From contig JBITNC010000001.1 of assembly GCA_050084985.1 (NCBI GenBank), positions 97,960,001-98,024,000 of the forward strand: a stretch of DNA of 64,000 nucleotides, read 5' to 3'. The notes under the pieces were generated by a model. The model was not told where the DNA came from. It made no database searches and was given only the letters and a program-made list of their open reading frames with translations. The position numbers and the translations under genes were made by a program. Below are positions 13,125 to 26,696 of the stretch, in pieces (the stretch's first letter is position 1; each line of letters begins with the position of its first letter). This stretch comes from Nageia nagi. Its lineage: Eukaryota; Plantae; Pinophyta.

Positions 13125-14270
13125 TGTAATGTCCCTTTTGTAATATATTTATTATTACATTATACTTTAAGTTAATACTTGGGATAGAAAACTTAATGGA
13201 TCAATGGATCCCACTTAAGCTCCAAGTGGTATGTCTTCCTTCCAAGCATAGAATAGGTGTTTTAATGTACTTGGAGATCTCGATCATGATTATGGAAATC
13301 CCAAGGTCTATTTAGCAATTATATGGATGGATAAGCACTTGTATACATTTGCCATTCTTGGTGAGACTCTGAGACCCCCATATTAGCCCAGATGACATCT
13401 AGCCCCCACACATGGATCCTAGGCCCACATTGGGTATGCATGACACTCCAAATCCCACATTAGAACTTATGACACTTAAGGCCCCCATGTTGGTATGCTT
13501 GATCCCTAAGCATCCATGTTGGGCATTCTAGATCCTCTAAGAGGCTAACATTGGATTAGAGGAGCTAGAAATGATTCCTAGGTGAGATCCAAATCTAGCC
13601 AAGTGTTATAAAAGAACATTGGAGCCTCCTTACTAAATATACCTTATCATCATTATACTTCATATCATACAATAGAAAAGAATACTTAGCATTGCTAAGA
13701 TATCCCCTAGGTGTAGCATCTAGGAGGGATTTCAAGCTAAGGGATCCTAATTATCTATAGCATTGGCATAGTGCCCTTTCCCACTCGGTGTAATTCTAAG
13801 GTATTGCTTCTACCTTTAGTGGTTAGCCAAGGTTTGATAAGGGATCCTTGATGGAGAGGATTCAAATTATGAGGGAGTGTATTATCCCATCGTTTTGATA
13901 TTATTCCAGTAGTAAGAGACTTGTAAATTATGCCCTGTTTGGCTCCTTAAAGGCCAACATCATCTCTCTTAGGCTTATTATTGTATTGTTATCATTCTAT
14001 ATCATATATACAATCATTGGGGTGTTAGATCTCGTATTGTGATATTGTTGTATTCACTATTGCAACGTTGTGGTGTGCTTTCCTATTTATGCATGTATGA
14101 GCCATATGTTGGCATTGTGAGATGATATTCATTTATGTATGCTTATATTGGACAAATGTTTACATAAGGATGTTGATAATGCTTGATCTTGTAACCCTAG
14201 CTTAGATGTTGGCATATTTTCATTGTTAATACTTCATGTGGATTCTCTAACCCTAAAGTTTCCATATTGA
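13125..14270 (+). repeat. LTR body (forward copy); its first ~590 bp recur inverted at about 14270-14451 plus 26702-27084
   Basis: Starts TGTAATGTCCC after the PPT; reverse-complement matches such as CATTATACTTCATATCA versus TGATATGAAGTATAATG. Confidence 0.8.
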
Positions 14271-14451
14271 GAGGATATGCTTAGCACCACTAAGTCTTCT
14301 TATCCTTTGATGATATGAAGTATAATGATAATTAGTTATTTCAACTAGTGAGGCTCTAATGTCCTTTTATAATACTTGGTTGGATATATATCTCACATAG
14401 AAATCATTCTTAGCTCCTCTAATCCAACATTAGTCTCTTAGAAGGCCCAAA

Positions 14452-17273
14452 TGTTGGAATGTATAATGCATTATTGTAAGGTTTTGTAATATTCCTCTTT
14501 GTAAATTCATTAATACTTAATAATATCACTAGATAACTTAAGTATTTAAGTGAATATGATAATGTAACTTATTCTATACTCCATCTCATGAGCATTCCCC
14601 TTGGGTAAAAGAGAGTTGCATGTCATACCTTTGTACAATGGTTAAAAGGGAGATCCAAAGGAGGATTTTGGCCTATAAATAGAAGGCCCTCTCTTTGTGA
14701 TCACTCACCAATTTGTGAAGCAAAGTTATGCTTTAAGATAGTGATTAAAAGATAAAATTAGAAGGCTTGTAAGAGAGTTATCTTTGTGAATGAAATAAGA
14801 TTTTGTTAGTGGATATACTCCTAGTTGGAGGAACCACTTTATATCTTGAGTCACTTTGTGAGATTTTCTATGCTTGTGTTTTGATGTTAGAATGAGCTTC
14901 CATATGATCTTGGTAGTTTAGGATTGTATTCTTTATACTTCAATCCCTTCATTTGGATTCTTCAAGTGTTTTTCTAACTTCGATCTATATGTGTTCAATC
15001 AAAGAAAAGATATAGTTTTGATTCTCCTTTATGTGGATGATCTTTTGATTACTGAAAATAATGATGAAATCATTCAAGAGTGCATATCCAAACTTAAAGT
15101 AATATTTGAAATGACTGATCTTAGTCTTTTGCACTACTATCTTGGAATGCAAATGTATCAATACAAGGAGTGTACTTACCTTAGTCAATCTAAGTATATA
15201 TCAGACATCTTGTAGAAGTTTGAAATGGATGAGTGTAGATATACTGCAACCTTAGTATTTTTTAAAATTATTATTTCTCTAAGCTCCAACTCTCAATTAG
15301 CTGATGCTACAGCTTACAGGTAATTAATTGGTAGTCTTTTGTATTTGACTATATCTAAGCCAGATATTACCTTTGCAATGAATTTAATGGTACGATTCAT
15401 GCAAAAACCTTATATTTAGCATTTCAATGTTGTTAAGCAAATCTTAAAGTATGTTGCAGGAATTAAGGATCTTACTCTCAAGTATTCTAAGTTTTCCTCA
15501 TTTGTTCTCTTTGAATTCTTAGATTTTGACTATAGAGGAGATAGAGATGATAGAAAATCAACCTCTACGTATGTGTTTAGCATTGATTCAGGTGCAATCT
15601 CTTAAGTTTTCAAAAAGTAGCCTACTATTTCTCTTTCCACTATAGAAGTTGAATACTATGTCATATCTATTGTAGCCCAAGAAGACATTTGGCTAAGGCA
15701 TCTTCTGAAAAAAATTGGGTATAAGCAAGGTGGCTCATCTTTGATTTCTTCAGATAATTAGTCGGCTATTTCTTTGGTTAAAAATCTTGTGTTCCACCAA
15801 AGAATAAAATATGTGAAAATCCATGCCCATTTATCAAGAAGAAGGTTCTTGATGGCATCATATAACTAGAGTATTATCCATCCACCTTGAACTCTACTGA
15901 TTTGTTCACTAAGCCCCTCCTAGAAGCTCAATTATGTAAGCTTAGAGATGCTATCAAGTTGGTGAAGTTACCCTCAAGGAATAGTGAAGTTTGAATTCTT
16001 ATGTTGAATTCATATTTGTGATGACAACTTCATCTCTAAGAGAATTTTGTATTGTATAGTGTTGATTTTATTATACACTTTCATGGTAAGTTCGCTCTAC
16101 ATATAAAACTTTTTGTACAAATTTATCAATCTAGCACTATTTAGTTATCCATATGTGAAGAACTCATGCATTTTTTGGTATTGTTTAGTTATCCATAGGT
16201 GAGGAACTCATTTGTGCATGCTCTATTTTGATCAATTTAGCATTATTCAGTCCATATGTGAGGAACTCTTATGCATCTTTTGGCACTATTCAGTTATCCA
16301 TATGTGAGGAACTCATATGTGCATGCTCTATTTTGTAATGATAATCAACACATATTTTATATGCAACAGGTGACTATAAGTTTTTGGCATGGCATCTTTG
16401 TGATGACTTATAATGCACTATTGATCAGTTCATAATGGCATTTGTGTGATTCATCTATCCTTGATGAGATGAATATGTTGCATCTAACTGATCTTGTTAT
16501 TTGAGCTGCTTATGACTTGCAATTTTTTTTAAGATTGCAAGTTACTCATCTTAGTATGTAGACTCTTGAAGACTCTTCATGACTTCCAGTTGGATGACTA
16601 CTTCATGTACATTGAAATCGATTGTGATTAATGATTGTATTTAGCAAAGTAGTGAATCTCAAATTAGATCTTTCTTACTTCATAAATATGTAAAAGTTCT
16701 CATCTCCATTGTATCTATTTGTAGAAGAACTCTTTTACTTGCTCTATCCCAATATTGCATTAAAGAGAAGTGTTGGAATGTATAATGCATTATTATAAAA
16801 GTTTGTATTAACTCTTATATGTAAATTCACTAATACTTAAGGGTGTCATTTGATACCTTAAGTATTTAAGTGAATATGATAATGTAACTTATCTTACACT
16901 CCATGTCATGAGCATGCCCCTTGGATAAAAGGATGTGCATATCATGCTTTTGTACATTAGATAAAAAGGTGATCCAAAGAGATATTTTAGCCTATAAATA
17001 GAAGGATCCCTTTTTGTGATCACACACTAATTTGTAAAGTAAAGTTGTGCTAGAGGATAGTGTTTAAGAGAAAAGTGTAAGAGGATTGTAAGAGATTCAT
17101 GTTTGTGAATGAAGTGAGATCTAGTTACTGGATGTACTCCTAGTTGGAGGAACCACTTACATCTTATGTCACTTTGTGAAATTATCTTATTTGTGAGTTT
17201 GTTAGATGTGTATTGTGAGCTTCCATATGATCTTGGGTGTTTAAGAATTATCTTGTTAGTGTTAGTTCCTTCA
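14452..17273 (+). mobile_element. Truncated or chimeric Copia: LTR, 3' half of RT and RNase H, 3' UTR, PPT, LTR
   Basis: LTRs at 14452-14951 and 16771-17273. ILLYVDDLLIT (ORF 14991-15215) and DRKSTSTYVF. PPT AAAGAGAAG. Gag, integrase and the 5' part of RT are absent. Confidence 0.85.
16134..16318 (+). repeat. Tandem repeats in the Copia 3' UTR (GCACTATTTAGTTATCCATATGTGAGGAACTC x4)
   Basis: Four degenerate copies; two copies at the equivalent site about 25616-25692. Confidence 0.75.
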
Positions 17274-18277
17274 GTTGGGTATGCATGACACTCTAGATCC
17301 TCACGTTGAAACTTTTGGTATGCTTGATCCCTAAGCATCCACATTGGGCATTCTAGATCCTCTAAGAGGCTAATGTTGGATTAGAGGAGTTGGGAATGCC
17401 TCCTAAGTGAGATCCAGATCTAACCAAGTGTTATAAAAGAACATTGAAGCCTCCTTACTTGATATACCTTATTATCATTATATTTCATATCATACAACGG
17501 AAAAGAAGACTTAGCAATGCTAAGCATATCCCCTAGGTGCAGCATCTAGGAGGGATTTTGAGTTGAAGGATCCTAATTATCTACGGCATTGGCGCAGCAC
17601 CCTTTCCCACTCGATGTAATTATGAGGTATTGCTTCTACCTTTAGTGGTTAGCCAAGGTTTGAGAAGGGATCCTTTGATGGAGAGGATTTTGATTATGAG
17701 GGAGTGTATTATCCCATGGTTTTGATATTATTCCAGTAGTAAGAGACTTGTAAATTATACCCTGTTTGGCTCCTTAAAGGCCAACATCATCTCTCTTAGG
17801 CTTATTATTATATTGTTATCATTCTATATCATATATACAATCGTTGGGGTGTTAGATCTCGTATTGTGATATTGTTGTATTCACTATTGCAACGTTGTGG
17901 TGTGCTTTCCTATTTATGCATGTATGAGCCATATGTTGGCATTGTGAGATGATATTCATTTATGTATGCTTGTATTGGCCAAATGTTTACATAAGGATGT
18001 TGATAATGCTTGATCTTGTAACCCTAGCTTAGATGTTGGCATATTTTCATTATTAATACTTCATGTGGATTCCCTAACCCTAAAGTTCCATCTTGAGGGG
18101 ATATGCTTAGCACTGCGAAGTCTTCTTATCCTTTGGACGATATGAAGTATAATGATAATTAGTTATTTCAACTAGTGAGGCTCTAATGTCCTTTTATAAT
18201 ACTTGGTTGGATCTAAATCTCATGTAGGAATCATTCTTAGCTTCTTTAATCCAACTTAGTCTCCTAAAAGGCCCAAA
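17274..18277 (+). repeat. Direct duplicate of 13429-14451
   Basis: Near-identical ~1-kb block ending in the same AAGGCCCAAA|TGTTGGAAT junction. Confidence 0.9.
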
Positions 18278-21200
18278 TGTTGGAATGTATAATGCATTAT
18301 TGTAAGGTTTTGTAATATTCCTCTTTGTAAATTCACTAATACTTAATAGTATCACTAGATAACTTAAGTATTTAAGTGAATATGATAATGTAACTTATCC
18401 TACATTCCATCTCATGAACATTCCCCTTGGGTAAAAGAGAGTTGCATGTCATGCCTTTGTACAATGGTTAAAAGGGGGATCCAATGGGAGATTTTAGCCT
18501 ATAAATAGAAAGCCCCCTCTTTATGATCACTCACCAATTTGTGAAGCAAAGTTATGCTCTAAGATAGTGATTAGGAGATGAAGTTAGAAGGATTGTAAGA
18601 GAGTTATCTTTGTGAATGAAATAAGATTTTGTTAGTGGATATACTCCTAGTTGGAGGAACCATTTTATATCTTGAGTCACTTTGTGATATTGTCTATGCT
18701 TGAGTTTTGATATTAGAATGAGCTTCCATGTGATCTTGGTAGTTTAAAATTGTATTTTTTATACTCCAATCCCTTCATTTGGTATTAGAGCAAAGTTTGG
18801 AAGCTCTTCTTCAACATCTTGAAGGTCTTCATTCCTCATTTTACACTTTATTGTTGAAGTAAACTCAAGAGAAGGTATAGATTCTTTTTCTCTAGATTTT
18901 TTTTTTGGATTATTTCATTGTGATATTAACATATTATGTAATATGTGTTAGTTCCTATTTTTTGCAACATATGGTTAAAATACACATATATATTACAATA
19001 TATTGAATTTTTTTTATACTAACTTCTTACGTTGCAATTTTTTTACTTAGCATATTGATAATTTTTTTTGCATATTAAAGAAATTAATGTAAAAAAAATT
19101 CAAATTTTTTATATTAATCTAACATTTAAAAAAAAAACAAAAAAAAAAAAAAAAAGAGACTCTTATTTAAGAAGTTTCCTTTATTACAATGTATGCAACG
19201 AATAATTTTTTGTCTTCGAGAAATTTTTTAGGAACTTATATTATAAAAATCTAAAATATTTTTTTTCTCTCTCGTTGTTGAGACTAGCATTGGGGGGTTC
19301 GATTTTGTCTAATGGTGCCTCCGTACCCTCGTTGTTTTTTTTTTTCCTTGGTGCATCCTTCACAGGCGTGTGTGTATCTTGACCTCACCCAGCCACAGGC
19401 AGATCGCCTTTTTTTTTCCCTTTTTTTCTTGGAGGATACACCAATGTCGGCTTCCATGGCCATGTCTTCTCTCTCACCTCCTCAATAACATTGGCTGTAT
19501 TAGGAAGCCCAAGGGATCCTGCATCCAAAGAAATGGTAGTAGACTCAAATATCCCCAACCTATGTACTCTAGCTTTGGCTTTGGAAGCGACGGCCATCCA
19601 TTCCTGCATAAATGTTGTGTTCCATAATGGCCCTAACCCTCTATTTGGATGGCTCTGCAAAACTTTGCACCACCAACCTTTATCTGGATGGCTCGTGCGG
19701 CCCAAACTCGGTGGCTGGCACCTGGGTCTGCTCCATAACGCGTAGCCTGTGGTTCCTTTTATTTTGTGTATGTGCCCTCCCTCCATTGCACTCTGCTGCT
19801 CTTCCTTTCTCGCCTCCATTAAACTCGGATTTTGTCTAATAAGGTTAGAGCTTATGGCCGCCCACCAGTGCTGCTCTTTTTTCTTTACTTCCCCTTTTAG
19901 GATGACAAACATTTAATTCTCCACTCCCACTTGTTTAAAAAACATCATAATTTTACCATTAGTCATTTAATGAATTTGTCATTTATTAATGAATCTGCTT
20001 TTCATTGGAGTGTGAAGGGAGTAAAAATGCCTTTTTTTTAGAATTAGAGTAAACTCTAAGTTCAAATTTAATGCTTGGTTATCACTATTTTTTTTGTCAT
20101 CATTCCTCTTATATGCTTTTCTTTTTTTTCACAAAAATGTAGCAAGTTTTTTAAAAGAATTTTTAATTGTTAGTCCTTCAAGTTTTTTAAGCATTTTTTT
20201 AAGGCTTAAAAATAAACACTTGCTTTGATTAACATAGTGTTAGTACTTTCTAAAAGATCACTACTAAGTGTTTAAAGTGTTAGAGAGAGAAATTGTTTTA
20301 AACACTTTAGTATACTAAGGTTTTTCTTTTTCCTTAGTTCTTTAAAAGTATTTTTTTAGCCTTAATAAAAAGGGAGATGAATTTTTTGAGGGATCATAAT
20401 TTAACTACTTGAATAATAAAAGTATGAATTTCTTTAGTACTTATAAAATTGCAATTAGATAAAGTAGCATTTTAGCTTCTCATATTACTTAAGTAAAAGA
20501 GGTAATTTTTCCTAATGCTATTTTTCTTAAAAGATCATGATTTAAGTAAAAAGGGGAAAAATTTTATGAATTTTTTACTTAAAAGTTTTAGATCTTTATA
20601 TAAATGTTGCATGTCTATTACTTAGATTTTAAGTGTTTATTTTGATAAATCCTTATGCAAATATGGACTTGTGCAAATTATGAAAATGATGCATGTTTAT
20701 GCCTCTCTAAGTATTTATTTTTTTGATAAATTTCTTATGCAAAGTTATAAATGGACTTGTGCAAAATATGGACTTGTGTAAAGATGTCCTTTAGAGGTTA
20801 GTAAACAAAACTTATTGGATTCTTAGGTTCCAAGTTATTAATGGAGGATGTTTCATTTACGCACTTTACTTTATTTATTTCATCTTTGCTTTATTTACTT
20901 ATGCAAAAATTATAAACATTGAATGAGCAACCCCCTAAAATGAATACATTCGCACATACATTTCGCAACATGACTTGTTTGGGGAGCCACAAGATGAGGA
21001 CAAGGTAGATTGGAGCCTTCAATTCAACGATCCAAATGGTGAAAACTATGTACTTCTTGATTACCCCTAAGTCCTCTGTTGGTTTGGATATAACTCCAAT
21101 AAGTGGAAAGATATGTGTGTAGTGATACCACATGTCTGCATGTCCATTCAAGGATTATCTTTATAGCCTAGGAGGAAAACTTGAAACCTGATCAAGATTA

Positions 21201-24200
21201 AAATTTTTTCGATCCAACATACATCACAACTTTGGAAAATAATAGGTACTCCTCCTTGTAAGAGTATATTACTTCCCAAAACGAACTGGTTGAAGATTGG
21301 TAGTACTTGGGCTCCACCTTGCGAACATCCATATGAAGGCCTAATTTTAGTCAAGAAAACAAGACTCGATATTATCCTTTTATATTTATGGTACTTGGTG
21401 ATGACAAAAATATTTGATACATGGGATGTATTATGAGTTTTTATTATAAACATTTGCACATGTGAAATTTTTTTTAAAATTTAAGCATGTCCTTTTATTA
21501 AATTTAACTTGTATGATTGATTTACTTAAATAAATCTAAAACATGTATGATGATTAAAAACTTTTCTAGACCATGCTTACAAAGGTTAACACTTTCACAT
21601 TCTTGTGTAGCAAATGGGAGACACCTTCTTATCCAAGCACATTCACAACAATTCCAACTTTGGTATTTAGAAACCTCATATGAGAGCTGAATTACAAGGA
21701 AGCTTTGGCAAATAGTTAATGAAAAATTTATTATTCTTACATATGAGAAGGCACTTGAGTCATACAACATGAAAAATGAGTTGGTAACCTCCATGATTAT
21801 TCGTAGTGTCAAATGAAGTGTTCCTTATGATTTTATCATCAACTTCAATAAAAGAATCTTGGGATAAGCTTAAAAAAATTTACCTTGGATCTAAGTTTTT
21901 AATAAGGTTCACTATTCTTCAAAATTTGCTTCTATCACGTCATGGGCAAGATGAAAATATTGCCATCTACTTGAAGAAAATCATTGATCTTAGGACCTAA
22001 CTTATTGGTTATGGGTGCAATTTGATCAATGATGAGTTCATGATCTTCATCATTCTTAAAATCTTTTCTTCAAATTTTAGTAACTTTATGATTATAATTA
22101 ATACTAGGCTTGATAATGAAGAATAAGTCTTCTCCTTTGTTAATCTTTCTAGGCTCCTTTTGAAGTATGAGAAAACTCTAAACAAAAAAGTGCTTATCTC
22201 TTCTCAAAAAGAAAATAATGTTCCTCTAGAAGTAACCAAAACTCTTTTCAAGAAGAAATTCAATCATTATAATAAATCTTATCCTTCCTTTTTCAAAAAA
22301 TTCAAAAAAAAAAGATAACAATAACAACAACAATAGCTACTTCAAGCAAAGATATGGAAAAGGCAAGGTAGGCAAACCAAATTCCAAGGCAAAGTTCAAT
22401 GGAAATTATAATTTTTGTGGCATCCATGGTCACAAAGAATTTGATTGCTACAAAAAGAAAGAAATAAAGGTAATGAAAATGTAAAAAAATTCAAAAGAAA
22501 AAAAAATATAAAAGTTGTACTTATTGTTGGGCTCTACTCCATGACTTGCTCTTTTTTACTGATTAGATTGTTGACTTTGGTTTCACTAATAACCTATGCT
22601 TTAAAAAAGATAAATTTGAAAATTTTCATAAGTATAAAAAAGATGCAGTTGTGATAGGTGATAATTCTAACCTTGAAGTCCAAGGAATTGAGAGTGTGTT
22701 GATTCATAAGAAGGTTCTTGAAAATGTGCTCTATGTTCTTAAGCTCAAAGGTATTCATTTGAGTTTGACTCACACTTATTATGCATTAAGAAGAAACTTA
22801 CCACATTGGTTAAAAGATTAGTGAAAGATGATCTTTACATTGTGAATCAACTTCCAACAAAGATATATCTTGCTATGAATGTATGTTCTAGAGGTAATCT
22901 TTGGTACCATCATTTAAGAAACCTTGATCAAAAGAGTATTCAAGTCATGAAAGACCAAGAACTTGTGAAAGGTTTGCTTTCAATTTCACCTTCACTTAGT
23001 TTTTGTGAGAAGTGCATCCTAGGTAAAATAAATACACAAAAAATTAAAAAAGATAAGGCAATAAGGGTATCTCAACCTCTTTAGCTTTTTTAACTTAAAT
23101 TTGATGGGTTCGTTTCAAACTAAGTTGCTTCAAGGAGCATCTTATGTCTTGACCTTTATCGATAACTTCAATAGGATGATATTTGGCTATTTACATGAGC
23201 AAAAGAATCAAACCTTTGAGAGTTTTAAAAATTTCAAGGCCTTAGTTAAAAATCATATTAACCTTAAAATCAAAATGTTAAGATCATACAATGGGGGAGA
23301 ATATAATAGCAATGAGTTTAATGTTTATTGTACTAAGTACGAAATCAAAAGGTAGTTTACGATTCCTTACACTCCTAAGCAAAATGATATTACTAAAAGG
23401 AAAAATAGGATAATTATGAAGATGGCTAGATGCATGTTGGGTAATCTTCCTAGTTTTTTATGAGGTGAAGTTGTGAGCACTGCTCTTTACACCTTGAATA
23501 GGTGTCCCACAAAATTCATCGTAGGTAAAACTCCTTTTGAGGCATGGATAGAAATAAAACCTTACATTTATCACCTTAGAGTCTTTAGTTATGAAGCATT
23601 ATCCTACATTATTTTTGATAAAAAGAAATAATTAGATAAAAAAGCTAAAAAATGCATCTTTGTGGGTTATGATAGTCAGCATAAAAGCTGCAAGCTCTAC
23701 TATCCATCCTACAGAGCAATGTTTGTATCAAAGGATGTAAAGTTTAATGAACTTCTTGAAGAATCTACTTCTAACAAGGATGTTGATGATCCATATGATT
23801 CATCAATTACACCTTACTGGTTGGATATTGATGTAAATAAATCACCCCAAAAGCAAAATTCTTCTACATAAAGGATAATTAGGAGCATGACCTTGAACAA
23901 AACCTTCTTTTCCAAAATTGATAACAAGAAGGAACCCTCATCATTCAAAGAAGCTTCAAAGCACAAGTGCTGGATGGAATCTATGAAAGTGAAATATGAG
24001 GCTCTTATAAAAAATGAAACTTGGTTCATTATCCCAATGAAAAGAATGTGATTGGTAATAAGTGGATCTACAAAGTCAAATTCAATTTAGTTGAGGATAT
24101 TGACAAATACAAGGCAAGGTTAGCAACCAAATATTTTGCTCAAAAATAAGGAGTGGATTATGAGAAAACCTTTTCTCTCATGGTAAGGATGCCTACTATC

Positions 24201-26696
24201 AGAATAACCCTTACTCTTTTAGCAGATCAAGGATGAAAAGTTTTTCAACTAGACGTCAAGAGTACATTTCTCAATGGTGACTTACGTGTGGAAATACATG
24301 AATCAACCAAAATAGTTTATTATGAAAAAAAAAGAGTCATTTATGTGCAAGCTAAAGAAGTCATTATATCAACTTAAGCAAGCACCTAGAGCTTGATACA
24401 AGAAGATTTTAGGATACTTTGCATACATTAGATTCTCCAAGTACTTTAACTTCGATCTTTATGTGCTCAATTAGAAAAAATATGTTGTCTTGATTCTTTT
24501 TTATGTGGATGATATTATGATTATTGAAAATAATGATGAAATCATTCAAGCATGCATATCCAAACTTAAAGTAACATTTGAAATGATTGATCTTGGTCTC
24601 TTGCATTATTATCTTGGAATGTAAGTATACTAATACAAGGATTGTACTTATCTTAATCAATCCAAGTATATTAGATATATTACAAAAGTTTGGAATGGAG
24701 GACTGTATACATATTGCAATCCTAATCTCTTTTGGAATCATTTTTTTTCTTAGCTCCAACTCTCAGTTGGTAGATGCTATGGCTTATAGGCAACTAATTG
24801 ATAATCTTATTTATTCAACTATTTCTAGGTCAAACATTGCCTTTGCAATGAATTTGATGGCATGATTCATACAAAAACCATGTGTTGAGCACCTCAATAT
24901 TGGTAAGCAAATATTGAGTTATGTTGCAAGTATGAAAGATCTTACTCTTAAGTATTCTAAGTTTTCCTCTTTTGTTCTTTTAAGGTTATCAAATTCTAAC
25001 TATGAGGGAGATAGAGATGATAGAAAATCAACCTCTGCTTATGTATTCAGCATTGATTTAGGTGATATATCTTAGGATTCCAAAAATCCTATCATTTCTC
25101 TTTCCACCCCAGAAGTTGAATACCAAGTCATGTCTATTGTAGCCCAAGAAGCTATTTGGCTTAGGCATATCTTGAAAGAAATTGGTTATGAGTAAGCTAG
25201 TCTATCTTTGATTTTTTCATACAATCAGTCAGCTATTTCTTTAGCTAAGAATCTTACATTCTATCAGAGAACAAAACATGTGAAAATCTAAGCCCATTTC
25301 ATTAGGGAAAAGGTTCTTGATGGCATTATACATCTAGAGTATTATCCATCAACCTTGAACTCCATTGATTTGTTCAGTAAGCCCCTTTCTAAAGCTGAAT
25401 TTAATAAGCTTAGGGATGTTATCAGATTGGTGAAGTTGCCCTCAAGGGGGAGTGAAGTATGAGCTCTTGTATTGAATTCATGTTTGTGATGACAACATCA
25501 TCCTTAGAAGGATTTTATGATGTATAGTATCAATTTATTGTACAACTTAATGGTAAGTTCGCTCTATGTGAAGAACTTACTGTATATTTTTTTGAGTAAA
25601 TGATTGGCTATCCTAGCACTATTTAGTTATCCATATGTCAACAACTTGTATGTATCTTTTAACACTATTCAATTATCCATGTGTGAGGAACTGGTATGTG
25701 CATTTTGTTATGCTTTATTTGATAATAATAATCAACACATTTTTTACAATAAGTGACTATGAGTATTGACTTGACATCTTCATGATAACTTATAGTGCAC
25801 CATTAATCTATTTATGATGGCATTATTTAATTCATATATCCTTATTGATATGAATGTGTAGCATCTAACTGATCTTGTTGTTTGAGCTACTTGTAACTTG
25901 CATGTTTCTTTTGATATTGCAGGTTATTTACTTCAAGTGTGCATACTCATGGAGGCTCATTATGTCAACTTCTAGTTGGATGACCACTTTATGGATATTG
26001 AAACCAATTATAGTTAATGATTGTATTGTAAACTATTTAGTAAAATGGTAAATTAGTGAATCTCAAATTAAGATCTTGCTTACTTCACAAAGATGTAAAA
26101 AGTTCTCATCTTTGATTGTATCTATTTGGAGGATAACTCTCTTACTTTCTTTTTATTATCTCTTCTTCACTCTATTCCAATATTGCATTAAAAGGGAGTG
26201 TTAAAATGTATAATGCATTATTGTAAGGTTTTGTAATGTTCCTCTTTGTAAATTTACTAATATTTAATGGTATCACTAATACCTTAAGTATTTAAATGAA
26301 TATGATAATGTAACTTGTCCTACACTCCATCTCATGAGCATTCTCCTTCGGTAAAAGGGAGTTGCATGTCATGCCTTTATACAATGGCTAAAAGAGTGAT
26401 CCAAAGGGGATTTTGGCCTATAAATGGAAGGTCCCCTCTTTGTGATCATTCACTAATTTGTAAAGCAAAGTTATGCTATAAGATAGTGATTAGAAGATGA
26501 AGTTAGGAGGATTGTAAGAGAGTTGTCTTTGTGAATGAAGTAAGATTTTGTTAGTGGATGTACTTATAGTTGGAGGAACCACTTTATATCATGAGTCACT
26601 TTGTGAGATTGTCTATTCTTGAGTTTTGATGTTAGAGTGAGCTTCCATGTGATCTTGGTAGTTTAGAATTGTATTCTTTATAGTTCAATCCTTTAA
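18278..26696 (+). mobile_element. Full-length decayed Ty1/Copia retrotransposon
   Basis: LTRs at 18278-18777 and 26199-26696. PBS TGGTATTAGAGC (tRNA-Met type). PPT AAAAGGGAG. Decayed TSD CCAAA/TCAGA. Confidence 0.92.
21600..25450 (+). pseudogene. Copia gag-pol pseudogene (gag, Zn knuckle, protease, GAG-pre-integrase, integrase, RT, RNase H)
   Basis: CGIHGHKEFDC knuckle near 22420; LWYHHLRNL; YVLTFIDNFNR...LRSYNGGEY integrase; FQLDVKSTFLNG and YVDD in RT; DRKSTSAYVF. Many stops and frameshifts. Confidence 0.9.
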
